The translations under genes were made by a program, and so were the position numbers. This document shows, piece after piece, positions 30,251 through 45,592 of a stretch of 64,000 bases of DNA. The notes below the pieces were generated by a model. It was not told where the DNA came from, searched no databases, and worked only from the letters and a program-made list of their open reading frames with translations. Numbering within the stretch: position 1 is the first letter of the stretch; each line of letters begins with the position of its first letter. Origin of the DNA: Eledone cirrhosa (taxonomy: Eukaryota); the NCBI GenBank assembly GCA_964016885.1, contig OZ024746.1:88164001-88228000 (forward strand). Reading direction: 5' to 3'.

Positions 30251-31260
30251 GTGTTGGTGTTGTTGTTGTGCGTGTTGTTATTGTTGTTGTAGTCGTGGTT
30301 GTTGCTGTTGTTGTTGTTGTTGTTGTTGTTGCTGTTGATGTGTCTATCATTAATATTGCTACTCGTCTTATTTCCATTATTATTACTGTGGTTATTGTCG
30401 TGTCTGTCGTTTAATGTTTCCATTATTATTATTGTGGTTGTTGTTGTTCTGTCTATCGTTAATATTTCCATTATTACCATCATTATTATTATGGATTGGC
30501 AATATCGGTAGAGGGTCGGACACCATGCTTTGTAGCATAGAGTTACGGCCCTTGCCATTCTGAGTTCAAATCCCGCCGAGGTTAACTTTGCCTTTCTTCC
30601 TTACGGGGTCGATAAAATTAAGTACCAGTAATGTACTGGATATTTGCTGGCTTTGTGCCAAAAGTAGAAACAATTATTATTACTATTTTCCTCTCTAATG
30701 ATATTGTCATTGTTATGACTATTATTATTATAGCTGTTATTTCTATACTCAGAATTATTGTTTATATTGCTACTTTCTTTATTATTGTTGTTGTCCGTAT
30801 TGTTGTTGTTTATTTTCGCATTCCAACGTATTTTCGTAAAACATTTTTCTAACTCAGTCATACACTCGACTGGATTTATCTTTTTGTATATTGCATATTT
30901 TGGTGAGGGTTATAGAATCTGTTTTTCCTGTGCACTGGCTAAAATGTTACCATAAATATTTAGTGTCTGGTCTTTGGTGAAGTCTGATGGTAACGGGACA
31001 TCTGTCATAACAGCCATATCCAAACAAACAATTCTGACTGAAGTGAAATATAAATAAATAAATAAATAAATATATACACAAGCACAATAACAAGAAACCT
31101 ATATAAACACACACTATTATACAAATATAGACTATAAAAAGCAAAACATATACACCCAAACGCGAACACACACGCCAAACATTATACACACACGCAAACT
31201 CATGCGCAGAGACGAAGACAAAAAAGATTAATCTGAAACTATTCTTCATATTCGCTTTCA
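27080..31260 (-). mobile_element. Degenerate full-length Penelope-like element (RT + GIY-YIG) with inverted pLTR
   Basis: Minus-strand fragments read EKCFTKIRWN, IPNIYGLRKDHK..PTRPVCGA, CMDVVSLYPSI, EGAAIG, RSADDINI, LPVLDTEIW..HYAKPMAS and IKVVEKPG..C..CKTRIVVYSI..YIGKTARS, with several frameshifts and stops. 31009-31213 is the reverse complement of 27400-27604. Confidence 0.9.
30492..30675 (+). mobile_element. SINE inserted into the (ATT)n/Asn-rich linker of the PLE
   Basis: Full SINE flanked by ATT repeats, inside the 27080-31260 element. Confidence 0.85.
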
Positions 31261-31343
31261 CTTTTCTTCGACTCTGTCTCTATCTTTCCCTTGCACGCAG
31301 TTACACTTACACACACACTTACACACACAAACACAATACATAC

Positions 31344-31421
<78 letters not shown>

Positions 31422-31842
31422 GTTAGACACGCAGTGACTAACAACATAATGTTTTAAGGCTGGGTGTCTCTGACATACATGCGTAGCTTATCGCTGGCCG
31501 TGGTGATCCCTGCCAAACATGTTTTGTAATGTATCGTCTTATTGGCTAATCTACCAACGAGAGTAATTGTTGCTCAAAAGCATCCGCCATTTTATTTGCA
31601 CCTTCATTTATCGTTTCGCTTTCGAATCTTCCTCCAGTATTTCATCGTTTATCATCAAAATATTTTTCTCGTTTTGGTAAGTTATATTGTTAATTTATAT
31701 ATGATTTTTTAAATTTATATTAACTATTTTTTTTTTCATTTCTTTATAACATGCTTATAATTTTGGTTGTATGATATTTACTTGTATATTTGTCAATATT
31801 ATTGTTCGTTTTATGTTAGAATATTTTATTATTATATGTTAG

Positions 31843-32023
31843 AGGGCGTTGAATTGGCAGTATCGGTAGTGGGTTGGACGCCAGGCTTTCTAGCATAGTT
31901 ATATCCCTTTATGGTCAGAGTTCAAATCCCGCCAATGTTAACTTTGCCTTTCATCCTTACGGGTCGATAAAATAAAGTACCACTAGGTAATTGCTGGCTT
32001 GTGCCTAAAGTCGAAACAATTAT
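31843..32023 (+). mobile_element. tRNA-derived SINE copy
   Basis: Same family as the 8225 copy. Confidence 0.8.
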
Positions 32024-32348
32024 TATGTTTGATTATGTTGTTATTATTATGTTAGACTATTTGTATGTAATAATTAATTTGTATTATTATGTTCGACTAT
32101 TTGTATGTAATATTTAATTTTTATTAATTCAACGATAACAATTATTATGTAAAATAATATTGATTGTTTTTTTGTAGTTGTTTATATTCAAAGTCTGAAA
32201 ATATTTTATACATCTTACAATAATATTTATAAGATCATTTATAAAATAACAATTATATAATCTAATTACATTACAACGATAATTTATTATTAATATATAT
32301 CATGTTTAACTAGAGTTATTACAAGCGTTGCCTTAAAATAAATTAAAC

Positions 32349-32793
32349 TAGACCTGAAAAATGCGCAAGCTCAAAAGAGCCACAGAATGTTATAATACAC
32401 GTTCAAAAGTGTGGGACTGTATCTGTTGCTCAAAACTATTGTAATCATTATTTATCGTACACTCTGTGGCATCCTTTTATAAAAAATAGACTCATAACGA
32501 ACTCAAGACGACACGATAATTATTTGAGTGAATATATAATATAGAATTCGGTTTAAGTGTATTTCATATTAATCATATTACTAAATATCTAATATGAGAT
32601 ATTGAACATTAGCTTAAATAATTATCGCGTCATCTTGAGTTCGTTATGAGTTTCTTTTTCATAAAAGAACGCCACAGAGTGGACGATAGATAATGATCAC
32701 AATATCTTTGAGCAACAACTCTAGTCCCACACTTTTGAAGGTTTATTATAACATTCTGTGGCTCTTTTGAGCTTGCCCATTTTTCAGATTTAG
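32349..32793. mobile_element. MITE-like fold-back element (~180-bp TIRs)
   Basis: CTAGACCTGAAAAATG...CATTTTTCAGATTTAG. The arms at about 32349-32530 and 32611-32793 are inverted. Confidence 0.75.
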
Positions 32794-34099
32794 TATATAA
32801 ATATATATATATGTGCGTGTGTGTGTGAGTATGTGTGTGTGTATGTGTGTATGTGTGTGTATGTGTGGGTATGAGTGGGTATGTATATATATATATATAT
32901 ATAAAGGCAGCAACTCAATATCGAGTAATGTCTGCTTGCCAAACACATATCGCTCAACATGTGTTCTCATTAACATATCATCTTCAGGCTGACCACACCG
33001 AAGTTTCCTGTACCCTGTATAGTGTCCCGATGTTTCGCTTCCCTCCCTAACGAGATCAGAGTTGTTTACTTCTAAAACATAAAACATTGCTGTATATATA
33101 TGTTATTGTACTAATAAAATCTTCGTAACTTAATCCCTATGGTAATTCTGCATTTTTAACGACATTTTGCGTTTACAACGAACTGAGAGATACTCTGTTA
33201 TATGCTATCTTTTAGTAATATAGTCATTTGAATTAAGGAAAAACGTATGAACTCTATTATTAACTATATTACATAATTCCTGTGAATATAACGTAACATT
33301 TAGTTCTAACAATTTATTTTGATGAGATTAAATTCTTCGATATGTATCGAGTAGTAGGTTATTATATATGGATGTTTTATGAATAGTAAATCATTGTATT
33401 TAATAAATATTGAAGTGATCATTCTGACGGTTAAACCCATTCCCTGTAAGTGTTATAAATCTAAACAACTTCTCCATCTAATAAATTGGTAAGGTATCGT
33501 AAAATGAAGGTTTCCGATTGTAGTTTATATTTTTCAGCAATGTCTTCAATGTTGAAATGGCTTTGAATATTATGTGTGCCTATATCTTATTCATATTTAT
33601 TATCATACGCACTTCATTTCATCTTACGTTAGAGAAACACGAAATGTAAAACTTCACCATCCACAATAATCTATCAATATCCATTTGCGTATTTAAAAAA
33701 ATGTTATTAGCATATCAACACCTCCGATCATATTAATTAGACCAAATAACCTTCCTTTTATTTAAGGTTAATTTGCGATCTGAATGTACAATGCTTCCCA
33801 TTTCTATCAAGTTTCCTGACTATAGAGATGTTATCTAACTTCATATAAGTCAGTGTTTGCTGCTTATACCATAAACAATAAAAACCTGCTGAAATTTGCA
33901 ATATTATTATATTTGCTTACTACCCGAGACCATATATAAATATTTAAATATCTATATCTATATCTAACTATATATATATCTATTATATCTATATATATTC
34001 TGGATGGACACACGTATGGAACTAGCTGGGTACGTTCTGCTTAAATGTCTGGTTATTCTCTCAAAATATTCTAGGCCTTTAGACGAAATAGTTCATGAA

Positions 34100-36348
34100 A
34101 AAATTATTTGGAGAAAAATAACGTTTAAAAAAAATAAAATGGCTGAAGCAACATCTTCTTCACCAACATTCGAAGGAGGAAAAGGGAAGATATGCTTAGG
34201 GTTTCCCACTTCCACTGTCATAGTAACAGATGTCTCAGACAAAGGTCAGAGAGAGGAAGGGTTTTTTTCACTTGCTGACCGACAACTTGACCTTGCCATG
34301 GCAACAAGCCAAAACCGAAAGTGTGAAACAATGAACAAAAACAACACAACCGGCACCACCAGCAACAACAACAACAATGCTATGAACGAAAACAACACCA
34401 ACAACAACAATAACAAGAAAAACAAAAACAACAGCTCCAGTACAAACGAAAACAACAAAACACACAAAAAAAAACGTTTGCAGAAAGCCTTGCTAAAGAG
34501 ACAGAGTTTATAGAAATGCATCTGTCAAACCAAGCGCAGCACCTAAAAGACGCTGCGGAACATATAACTTTCGAAGGTAACGGCTTTCGAATAAGTACCC
34601 CACCGGAAAATAGGGCCGCGACCTTCAGAACAAATAATTGTCTTCCGGACGATTTGCTCTCAAACCAAGAAACCTATGGCTTTAAGCAATAGCACGGTGG
34701 AAACCACAATAAAGTAGGCAATGACAGACATTGATTATCTCCAGAGGCCCAAGCAGTAAGGGAGCATCTCGGTGCGCATTAAAAGCGAGGTCCTCGCTCA
34801 GGAATATTCGGTGGCTCCATTTAGAACGAGACAACATATCTTCTTCCCAACATACATGGGAAGAAGAAGTAATAAAATAAGGATCTCCCACATCCCACCG
34901 AACACCAATATTTCGTAGATCCTGAGTGGAATTTTGGAGGAAGGTCAAGACAACCTCTTCTCTGTGAAAAATCAATCCGACAGAACTGGAACGGGACCTC
35001 AGTGGATATTTTGGTTCAAATGAAACCGGAGAGGATTGTAAAAATACCGGAAACGGTTCCGATGGATGATAACCATGTTGTCCACATCGAAGTGGAGTGC
35101 AAAAGGCCACAATGTTTCGAATGTGGGGAAAACACATTTAAAAGCATTTTGCCTAATGCTGGATGTGGAAAAACAAAAGAAAGCGTTGTTGCCAACCCCA
35201 AAACCACAACAGACACTTCCGAAAAACAAAAAAACACAACCACCAAACCATCAACATTCATCCAACCATCACAAACCACAAAAGACACCACACCAAAATT
35301 CCCCTGAAGGACTCTTCCCCACCCCTTCCCCCTATAGCCAATACTCCCACAAACACACACACAAACACTCCACCAGCACACAACATACCCCTCCCACCTA
35401 GCCAGAATGATAACACATCAGCCACGGGAACCTCAACATCTCCAGGTGAGGATGAAGCGGAACCCCAAAAATCAAAGAACCAAAAAAGATAGAAAAAATA
35501 CAACAAAAATATCAACTGAAAACCCGTACACACCCAACCCCACCATAAACATACTCCCACAAACGACAAACACAGCAACAACACAATCACCACCAACACA
35601 AGCAGAGACTTCACCAACAAAACAAAAACTCACACAATCTCGAACACCAACCACAAAAAGAAAACTGCAAACAGAAACAGTACATATAAAAAACAAAACA
35701 TATTACAGATACATAAAAACAAGAAACAAAGAACTGGTGGAAACTGTTCGAAAGGACACCGCAATATAAACGGATGGGAAAACCTTCCCCACCAACGTCC
35801 CAGCCCTAAATCTCAAACTTATCAGGGTAAGAACCCTACAGTACGAAACTTCAAAAGAGAACTTTCCATATATTGTGAGCCCCTCTTGCAAAAAAACCCT
35901 TAAAAGGGATTCCCTCCTTCCCCAAACACCAACAATCTGGACATGGAGATCGAACAACCCGACTTCCAAAAAACGAAAGGTAAGTGATCCTGCCTTTTCT
36001 CTCCTAAACTCTTCTTGACCAGCATGGCGACTATACAAGTTGGATGTTTCAATGTGCGTGGCCTAGGCATGCCCTTGAAACAGGGCCAGCTTCTAAATGA
36101 TCTCAGGTCACATTGTATAGATGTGGTAGCCATCACCGAGTCCAAAATTAGGACAAGTAGCAGCTAACCCCATATTCGAAGATTTTGAACGCATATCTGT
36201 CAGCCAGGAGATGGAGAGGGAGTTGCTGTTCTGTTTCGTAAACAACTGGATCTCAAAGTAAAGACGATTCACTTGGACCCGGAGGGCAGCCTGGTAGTCC
36301 TGGACGTGAATGGTAGTGAAGGTGGAGATTTCAGACTGGTGGCCCCAT
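34100..36348 (+). mobile_element. Degenerate L1/Tx1-like LINE: ORF1 remnants and start of ORF2 APE endonuclease, truncated by the PLE fragment
   Basis: ORF1-like remnants include a knuckle-like RPQCFECG and a P/T/Q-rich tail. From about 36024 the sequence reads MATIQVGCFNVRGLG...LLNDLRSHCIDVVAITESK, then GEGVAVLFRK and DPEGSLVVLDV, which are APE endonuclease motifs. Confidence 0.75.
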
Positions 36349-36945
36349 ATTTCCCCTTGCGTATGGTTGGTTTGGAGTTAGTGATGGCTTTCCATTGAAT
36401 GGAGTAGTCTATACTTGAGTCCTTGAGGGACCATACATGGCTCGCAAGTTTCATGGATAAACGCTACCCGGACAGACGTTCATCCACGAAACTCGCCAGC
36501 CACTATGGTCCCTCAAGGACTAAAGTATAGACTACTCTATTCAATGGAAAGCCATCACTAAGTCCAAGACATACGCAAGGGCAAATCCGTCGTGTGGACT
36601 ATCTATTGATAAACGAATAATTATTATAAAGGGATTATGCAATAGTGATTACCTAAACATGAATATGAATTCTTCACACGTTGTCCACACGTCTCGAAAC
36701 ACCTCTTACATAACTACAAACCTCCGGATTGAATCACAACAACATCCTAATTTTCTCATCAACTAGAAACTTTTCGGACTTTCGCCGCAGTTATCTCCCT
36801 TACACCTCTTGCACGATTTTTAGTATTGCCTGTATGAAGTGATGGATTCTGCGCATGCGCGTTCGTACGGTTGTCCTTCCCGTTCCGTATAACCATGTCC
36901 ATTACGAGCTGAAGATACAATAAGGTGAAACAATTGTTCTCTCTC
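36349..36945 (+). mobile_element. 3' fragment of a Naiad-type PLE with fold-back 5' junction and minimal hammerhead
   Basis: It encodes the GIY-YIG C-terminal part (KLASHVWSLKD..YSIQWK), similar to TALSGVLWQLK..YSTAW in the 47304 element. Arms 36349-36463 and 36477-36586 are inverted. It ends at a (CT)n/(TA)n tract. Confidence 0.75.
36906..36941 (+). ncRNA. Minimal hammerhead ribozyme motif
   Basis: GAG-CTGAAGA-tacaataaggt-GAAAC-aatt-GTT-CTC. The core boxes are intact, stem III is palindromic, stem I is 3 bp and stem II is weak. Confidence 0.55.
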
Positions 36946-36974
36946 TCTCTCTCCCTATATATATATATATATAT

Positions 36975-38512
<1,538 letters not shown>

Positions 38513-38578
<66 letters not shown>

Positions 38579-38581
38579 TAC

Positions 38582-38655
<74 letters not shown>

Positions 38656-38714
38656 ATATATATATACACACATATATATATATATACACATATATATATA
38701 TACATATACATATA

Positions 38715-38769
<55 letters not shown>

Positions 38770-38833
38770 GCATATATATATACACACATATATATATATA
38801 TACATATATACATATGTATATATATACACACAC

Positions 38834-38890
<57 letters not shown>

Positions 38891-38990
38891 TATATACGTG
38901 TGTGTGTGTGTCTGTGTGTGTTTGTGTGTGTGTTTGCCTCCGTGTATGTGTGTCTATGTGTATGTTTTTGTGTATATGTTTGTATTAAAC
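38513..38990. repeat. (TA)n/(TACA) then (TG)n microsatellite
   Basis: Read directly. Confidence 0.9.
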
Positions 38991-41546
38991 GGATGTGTCA
39001 GTGAAACAATTTATCTACCGGGAGTTGTTTGGGATATGGTAATTAGATATAACTCCTTTAGTTTCTCATATAGAGCTATATTTGGTATTTATGACCAGCA
39101 ATGTGAAGAAGAAATTATAAAAAAAACAATTGATGTACCCATTTAATTCTCTACTGTCTAACTATCTGTCTATTTATATGTATTCTTATCTAGATATTCT
39201 GAAAATATTCTTCAATATTTAAATTCACATCTTATATCTATCCTCAATACAGTACATTTTAAAATAACTTCAATAAGATTGTAGAATGACAATACATTTT
39301 GATTCCAGATTTCAGAATATGAAATTAAAGGATAAGTGGAGATATAATCCATGATCTTATTACTACATAATCATCAGAAATCTGTTTTTGGAGAACACTT
39401 CCAAGATGCTAGAGAAGAGGCATACGTCAAGGGAGAAGCGCATGTTATTTCTTCAGTACCGTATTTGTGGATAGGGTGAGTCATGGCATCATCGGTAAAG
39501 GTATTTAGCAGATCTTTGAATTCAAATTTCAAATGTTACAGCAGTACTTGTCACTGGTCTTCATTCCACGTCCGGCAAATCAATCAAAGAATCAACATGG
39601 CATACGATTTCAAACAGTTAATATTTCTGTGGAATTTAAATGTTCTCATCTTGTGAATCCGCTGACACACAATGAATAATTCAGCGGACTCTATAACAAA
39701 ATCCAGTCTGATTTGGACAAAATACCAGCTTTCATTAGTGAAGTGGTTAATGGTAAAATGTAGCAACGCCATGCAAATTATCCGCCTTCCATTTGTAAGC
39801 AAACATTTGGAATGACGATGATCGTAGTGAAATCTTTGCAAAATTCTGAAATAGAAACAACCTCATTGTGATGAACTCTATGTTTCAATGTTTCAAAAGG
39901 AAAAAACTAAAACAAAACATACTAACGAAAATAAAAAAAAAACATCAGATCAATTATTTTCTCAAATAAAGGATTTCTGTTCATCAAAACATACTGGGCA
40001 ATATGCCTCCTAGTTTGTTTGGCATATCAGATCATATTTTTTTTAAAGGAAAGGTTAATATAATTGTCATGTGATTACGAGATCAAAAAGGTAATCCAAA
40101 ATCCAATATCGAATAACTGAGTAACCCAGATAATCGAATGCATTTCCAACTAGAACTAAATATCCTATTTGGGGGTCTGGTAAGATCATTTGCAACAACA
40201 AAACTGTTTTACGGCATATGATAATCAATTCAAGAAGATGTAATCAAGTTTCACCTCAGTAATAATCGCATGTACACTGAATGGATGTCCAAGGAAACTC
40301 AAAAAGCTTTTAGAAACAAACATAAAAACAGAATAGAAATAGGTGCAACAACAACGTAGTAACACGCAGACAAAGCTGCAATCTGAAAGGTTGGTTAAAA
40401 AAGAGATGTTAAAACAGCATGTCGATTCCATTAGTACATTACCGCCTCACAGGCAGTATTATTCTGCTTTGAAAAGGATGATAACAACGCTAAGACTAGA
40501 AGCTGAGTTATAAAATCATATTTTGGCAATTTATTGACCGGCAAATATGACAACATAAAGCTTTGGTTCATGTTTTAGGAAGAGCTCTATTTCGATGACT
40601 TTTTACAACAATTTGTGATGCACTATAAAATCCACATTAAAAATTATAAATCCAGTGGAATACACAATCAAAACCTGAAAATCTGTAAGAACCTAAGATT
40701 AGATAACCACAACAAATAATATCTTAAATATGTGGGAGAAATTCTAGTGTATCAACTTACTACATCAAATGCTTGTCCGTGGCTCAATACCACAAGCCTT
40801 TAAACATACTAAAGTGCCCATCGTCTGAAAGGATAGTAGTTGAATTTTGGCAATTGAAACGGCCTCCTATAACATGTTGACAAACTATTTATTAGCGCAA
40901 TTTATTCACGTGTTAAGAATCATCTCTTTGCATTTCCTTCTTCTCAAGCACCATTTAAATATCTACTAGAAGTACGCCTGTAAGCCCAACGACGACAACA
41001 ACAACTTCAGCACCAGCAGTAATAGTAAAAGCAACAGTACCACCAGCAGTAGCAGCTAAATCAACGCATTCATCATCAAATGAACCAAAGGGGAAATGAG
41101 GAAAACTCTCCAACACCTTCTACCCTTACGCAAATAATAAATACACACATAAAGTCGCACACAAAGAACTGAAATTGAGAGAGAGGAGGAGTGGAACAAC
41201 GTGAAGAGTGAAACAAACAATAGCGTGGACATTACAAAACAATAACCGCAAACACCACCCACATACAACAGAAAACGCAGACAACACACACGCAGGAAAC
41301 ACACACACACATGAGAGCCCAAATACCATCAACGCTACTAGAACCACCCAAAAGAAAGCAAGCGCAGCAGCAACTATAAGGCACACCCTCAGAAAACTTT
41401 GTATTGTCATAATTAAATGGTCTATTGTAATTGATTTAACATTGTTTACTCGATATTTCGTTCGAACTTCACTGTCTCTTTTTTATATTGTTCTCTATAG
41501 GTAGACCCTTATGGGTAATAAATAAATTATTATCATTGTTATCATT

Positions 41547-42140
41547 GGTGGAATGGCAGTATCGGCAGAGAGTCCGACACCATGCTTTTCAGCAAACTGT
41601 TACGACCATTTAAGGTTTGAGTTCAAATCCCGCCGACGTTAACTTTGCCTTTCATCCTTACCGGGTCGATAAAATAAAGTACCAGTCTCGCACAGGGGTC
41701 GATTTAATCGACTTTCCCCTGCCCCCCAAAATTGCTGGCTTTGTGTCTATATAAGAAACCGAGGGACGGACGCCATGCTTCGACGCAGAGTTACGGCCAT
41801 TCCCATTCTGAGTTCAAATCCCGCCGAGATGAACTTTGCCATTCATCCTTGCGGTGTCGATAAAATAAAGTACCTGTAATGCATTGAGTATTTGCTGGGC
41901 TTGTGCCAAAAGTAGAAACAATTATTAATACATATTATATAAAGGGCGGTGTAGTGGCACCACCTGTAGAGCTTTGGTGCATAGAGTTATGGCCCTTTAT
42001 GTTCTGAGTTAAAATCCAGACGAGCTTAGTTTTACCTTTCATCCTTACGGGGTCGATAATGTAAAGCACCAGTAATGCACTGGTGTCGATTTAATCGACA
42101 TTCCCTTCCCCCGAAATTGCTGGACTTGTGCATGTAGAAG
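41547..42140 (+). mobile_element. Three tandem SINE copies (two 3'-end subtypes)
   Basis: Copies at about 41547-41760, 41761-41923 and 41944-42140. The first and third carry an extra GTCGATTTAATCGAC..CCCC..AAATTGCTGG segment. Confidence 0.8.
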
Positions 42141-42142
42141 AA

Positions 42143-42333
<191 letters not shown>

Positions 42334-42334
42334 T

Positions 42335-42562
42335 TCTTTGAGTCTCAGTCATTGATGTTAGTTAACTGGAAAGTTTGTTGAAATGAATATCAAGCCACTA
42401 CCTGCAGCCTCAGATATTCAGGACGTATCGGAGGGTTCTTGCTGTTCCCAGCAAGCATGCCTTTTGAAGTGTTCCAAAAAACGGGGCGGGGCCAATTTTC
42501 TTTAACTATCCCTGGAAACATTTTGAGATAGTACCTAGTGCGCCTATGACAATCGGGATCAT
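42335..42562 (-). mobile_element. Extreme 3' end of R4/Dong-like LINE with trinucleotide tail
   Basis: The minus strand reads IPIVIGALGTISK...LQKACLLGTARTLRYVLNI*, followed by (TAA)n/(CAA)n/(CTA)n. Confidence 0.7.
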
Positions 42563-42846
42563 TATTATTATCATTATTACACTTTTAATGGGCTTTCTCC
42601 ACAAATGTCCCTCCGAAGTCTCCCCCCTATGTGGGAATTTTTCATTGTTATTTTTTTGTTACATCTTCTGTTTTTGTTTTTTACACTCAGAAATGCCCGC
42701 TTGTACCGTCCCGTATTGTTCTGCACTGTCCTAATGTCTATGTAAACCCTTGTGGTTAATAAAGAAATCATTATTATTATTACTACTATTATTATTATTA
42801 TTATTAGTAGTAGTAGTAGTGGTGGTAGTAACAGTAGTAGTAGTAA

Positions 42847-42886
<40 letters not shown>

Positions 42887-43714
42887 TGTGGAGCTAGTAG
42901 TAGTATAATTATCATTATCATATACTCCATCAAATGAATAAAATTGTCTTTAAATAACTACAGTACAAACCTGACATTCTTGGTTATTGTTGCTATGGAC
43001 TTTCGCACGAAGTTCATTATGTAAGCTCGTGTCTCTCTGGTGGTCCTATGTATATATGTGTGTATGCGTGCGTATGTGTGTGTGGTGTGTCTGTGTATTT
43101 GTGCGGGGACCATATATTTCACGAAACGACTCCTCCATGAAATAAAATGACGGTAGGAGTTATCATTTTAGAGGTAGAAGGGAGAGGATAATTTACAGAG
43201 AATGATTGGGTGGTACGGCTGTGTGTGTAACCAGTGATATTTGCTAAGGCATTCGAGAACGATCGTATTTAATAAATGTATTGTTTAAACACATTAACCA
43301 TGAGTTGACTGGAATATTCTTTAGAAAGATGTTACAAGATCTTTCACTTAATATCGCTGCAAAGATAGGGCTTATTCATTACGTTGGTAAATCTATAAAA
43401 GAAGACCCTCCTACTAAATACGGCGAACCGGACTCTTTATATTATAACCCTTAGGATGATGTAATATTTGTAAAAAGGCTGGGAGTAACAAGAGTATATT
43501 ATGCGCGAGCTTGATCAGTAATTAGTTTAAGAAAAACATATTTTTAGGGATCGATTTTAAATCCCTATCTTAGTGATTCAAAATTTCCATTTATATATAT
43601 CAAATGGGCCAAATATATAGATCAAAACTTCCGAAATGCATGGCATTTGTTGGTGGTAAATATATGCCTTGATGAACGGAGTTCATATTTCTATTCAATA
43701 TATATATATATATA

Positions 43715-43921
43715 ACTTTCGTCAAATCGGACCGAAGGAACAATGTTTCCGTTGGTCTTTCAAATTGCTAATACTATCTATCGGTCGCAACTCCAGGTAG
43801 AAGGAGCAACGTGAAATAAAGTGTCTTGCTCAAGGACATAACGCATCGCCTGGTCCAGGAATCGAACTCACAACCTTACGATTGCGAATCCAATTCTCTA
43901 ACCACTCAGCCACACGCCTTC

Positions 43922-43922
<1 letters not shown>
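43715..43922 (-). mobile_element. Second tRNA-derived SINE family (V-domain-like)
   Basis: The minus strand has GGCGTGTGGCTGAGTGGTTAGAG (A box) and GAGTTCGATTCC (B box), then TGTCCTTGAGCAAGACACTT, which resembles the V-SINE central domain. Confidence 0.7.
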
Positions 43923-43924
<2 letters not shown>

Positions 43925-43970
<46 letters not shown>

Positions 43971-44069
43971 ATATATTTATATATATTTATATATATTTAT
44001 ATATATATTTATATATATTTATATATATATTTATATATATTTATATATATTTATATATATATTTATATA

Positions 44070-44134
<65 letters not shown>
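43925..44134. repeat. (TA)n with TTTA interruptions
   Basis: Read directly. Confidence 0.9.
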
Positions 44135-44140
<6 letters not shown>

Positions 44141-45262
44141 ATGCTTTGGGAGGATCATGTTGCCAATAAGAAACACACGCACCAGTTGCTTTCACTTCAA
44201 TTTATTATAAATTAAATTTATAAATTTAGGAATTTATAAATTTCCGGTTGGTTGGTTGGTTCCACAACCAGACGATTGTTCATATATTGTCAAAGTTATT
44301 TCGTCACACATGATGTGACCTCATCAGTGACAGGGGATTATTTTCTTTGTTTTTGTGCCTCTCCTTTGTCTGTCCTACATCATCTTGTTTTGTGTGTGTT
44401 TCTGTGCTTAGTTTTCGGATGTGTTACATCCGGGTGTCTGTGTGTGTTTATATTTGTTTATTTATTTGTTTATTGACATGTTACTGGTTGGTTGTTTGTT
44501 CTCTAGGTGTGTGTGTTTTCATTTTGTCCTGAATTGTAAGTTGTGATATTGTTATTCCATTCATGTTTTCTATTTAATTTTGGTTGGAGTTTATTTATGT
44601 TTATTGCCTCTGTGATTTGTCTAAACATTGCGTCTTTTCTGTGTGTAGATTCTATTTTTATTTCTATGTTCTCTGATTTACCCTTGTGTTCTATTTTTGC
44701 ATGTTGGTGGAGTACAGATGATTCTTTACTATCTTGAAGCTCTCGCCAGTGTTCATTTATCCGCTCCCCTATACTACGTGCTGTCTCACCTATGTACACT
44801 ATATTCTTATCTCTACATTGTCCTGTAGTACATCTGATGCTATATACTATATTTCTAGTTTTACAGTCAATATGGGGGCTTAGTTTACAGATTATACATT
44901 TTTTGTCTATACAGGGAGGTGTTTGAAAAGGGTATGTATTGCTAATAAGTGTTTTTTTTAAGGAGGTACCTGGTCTTTCTACTATCTTAATATTGAGTTT
45001 ATGTTTATCTAGTGCCCTTCTAAATGTGTAAATTAATTCACCTCTAAGTGTTGTATTGATGAACATTACACCCTGGTAATTATTGCTATCATATCATGAG
45101 TTTATTCTATTAATCTTATTCCTAGTTCTTTCTATTCTATTCCAAAATTTGTTCCTATACAAGGGTGTTTCTTACTGGCAACATGACCCTCCCAAAGCAT
45201 AACAATATCGGTTTCAACACACGTTTTCAGATAAAGATTCTTGCTAAACAAATTCAGGATCG

Positions 45263-45265
<3 letters not shown>
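44135..45265 (-). mobile_element. 5'-truncated Penelope-like element (GIY-YIG domain + 3' end) with short inverted terminal copy
   Basis: ORF 44503-45066 reads IKIVERPG..C..C..C..CKTRNIVYSIRC..VYIGETARSIGERINEH..RQITEAINI..LNRKHEW. 44135-44176 is inverted at 45165-45206, and (TA)n flanks both ends. It is related to the 27080-31260 element. Confidence 0.9.
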
Positions 45266-45331
<66 letters not shown>

Positions 45332-45515
45332 TTGGCATGACACGTATACATATATACATATATATATATGTATGGCAAAATATATAACCTTATGTATATA
45401 ATAGAGGTATCGAAACAGTGTCTATTAATTTACACATTGTGTAATATGCACATGGCATTTCTACATGTATATACCCACTCAACTACGCTCTGTTGGATAT
45501 GTTCCCTGTAAATAC

Positions 45516-45592
<77 letters not shown>

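Noticed and set aside
39300-39850. Complex, non-repetitive stretch with possible splice signals on both strands
   Set aside because: All frames are interrupted or uninformative, and no family was recognised.
43840-43922. tRNA-like sequence
   Set aside because: It is a SINE head: A/B boxes are present but the acceptor stem is incomplete and it continues into a SINE body.
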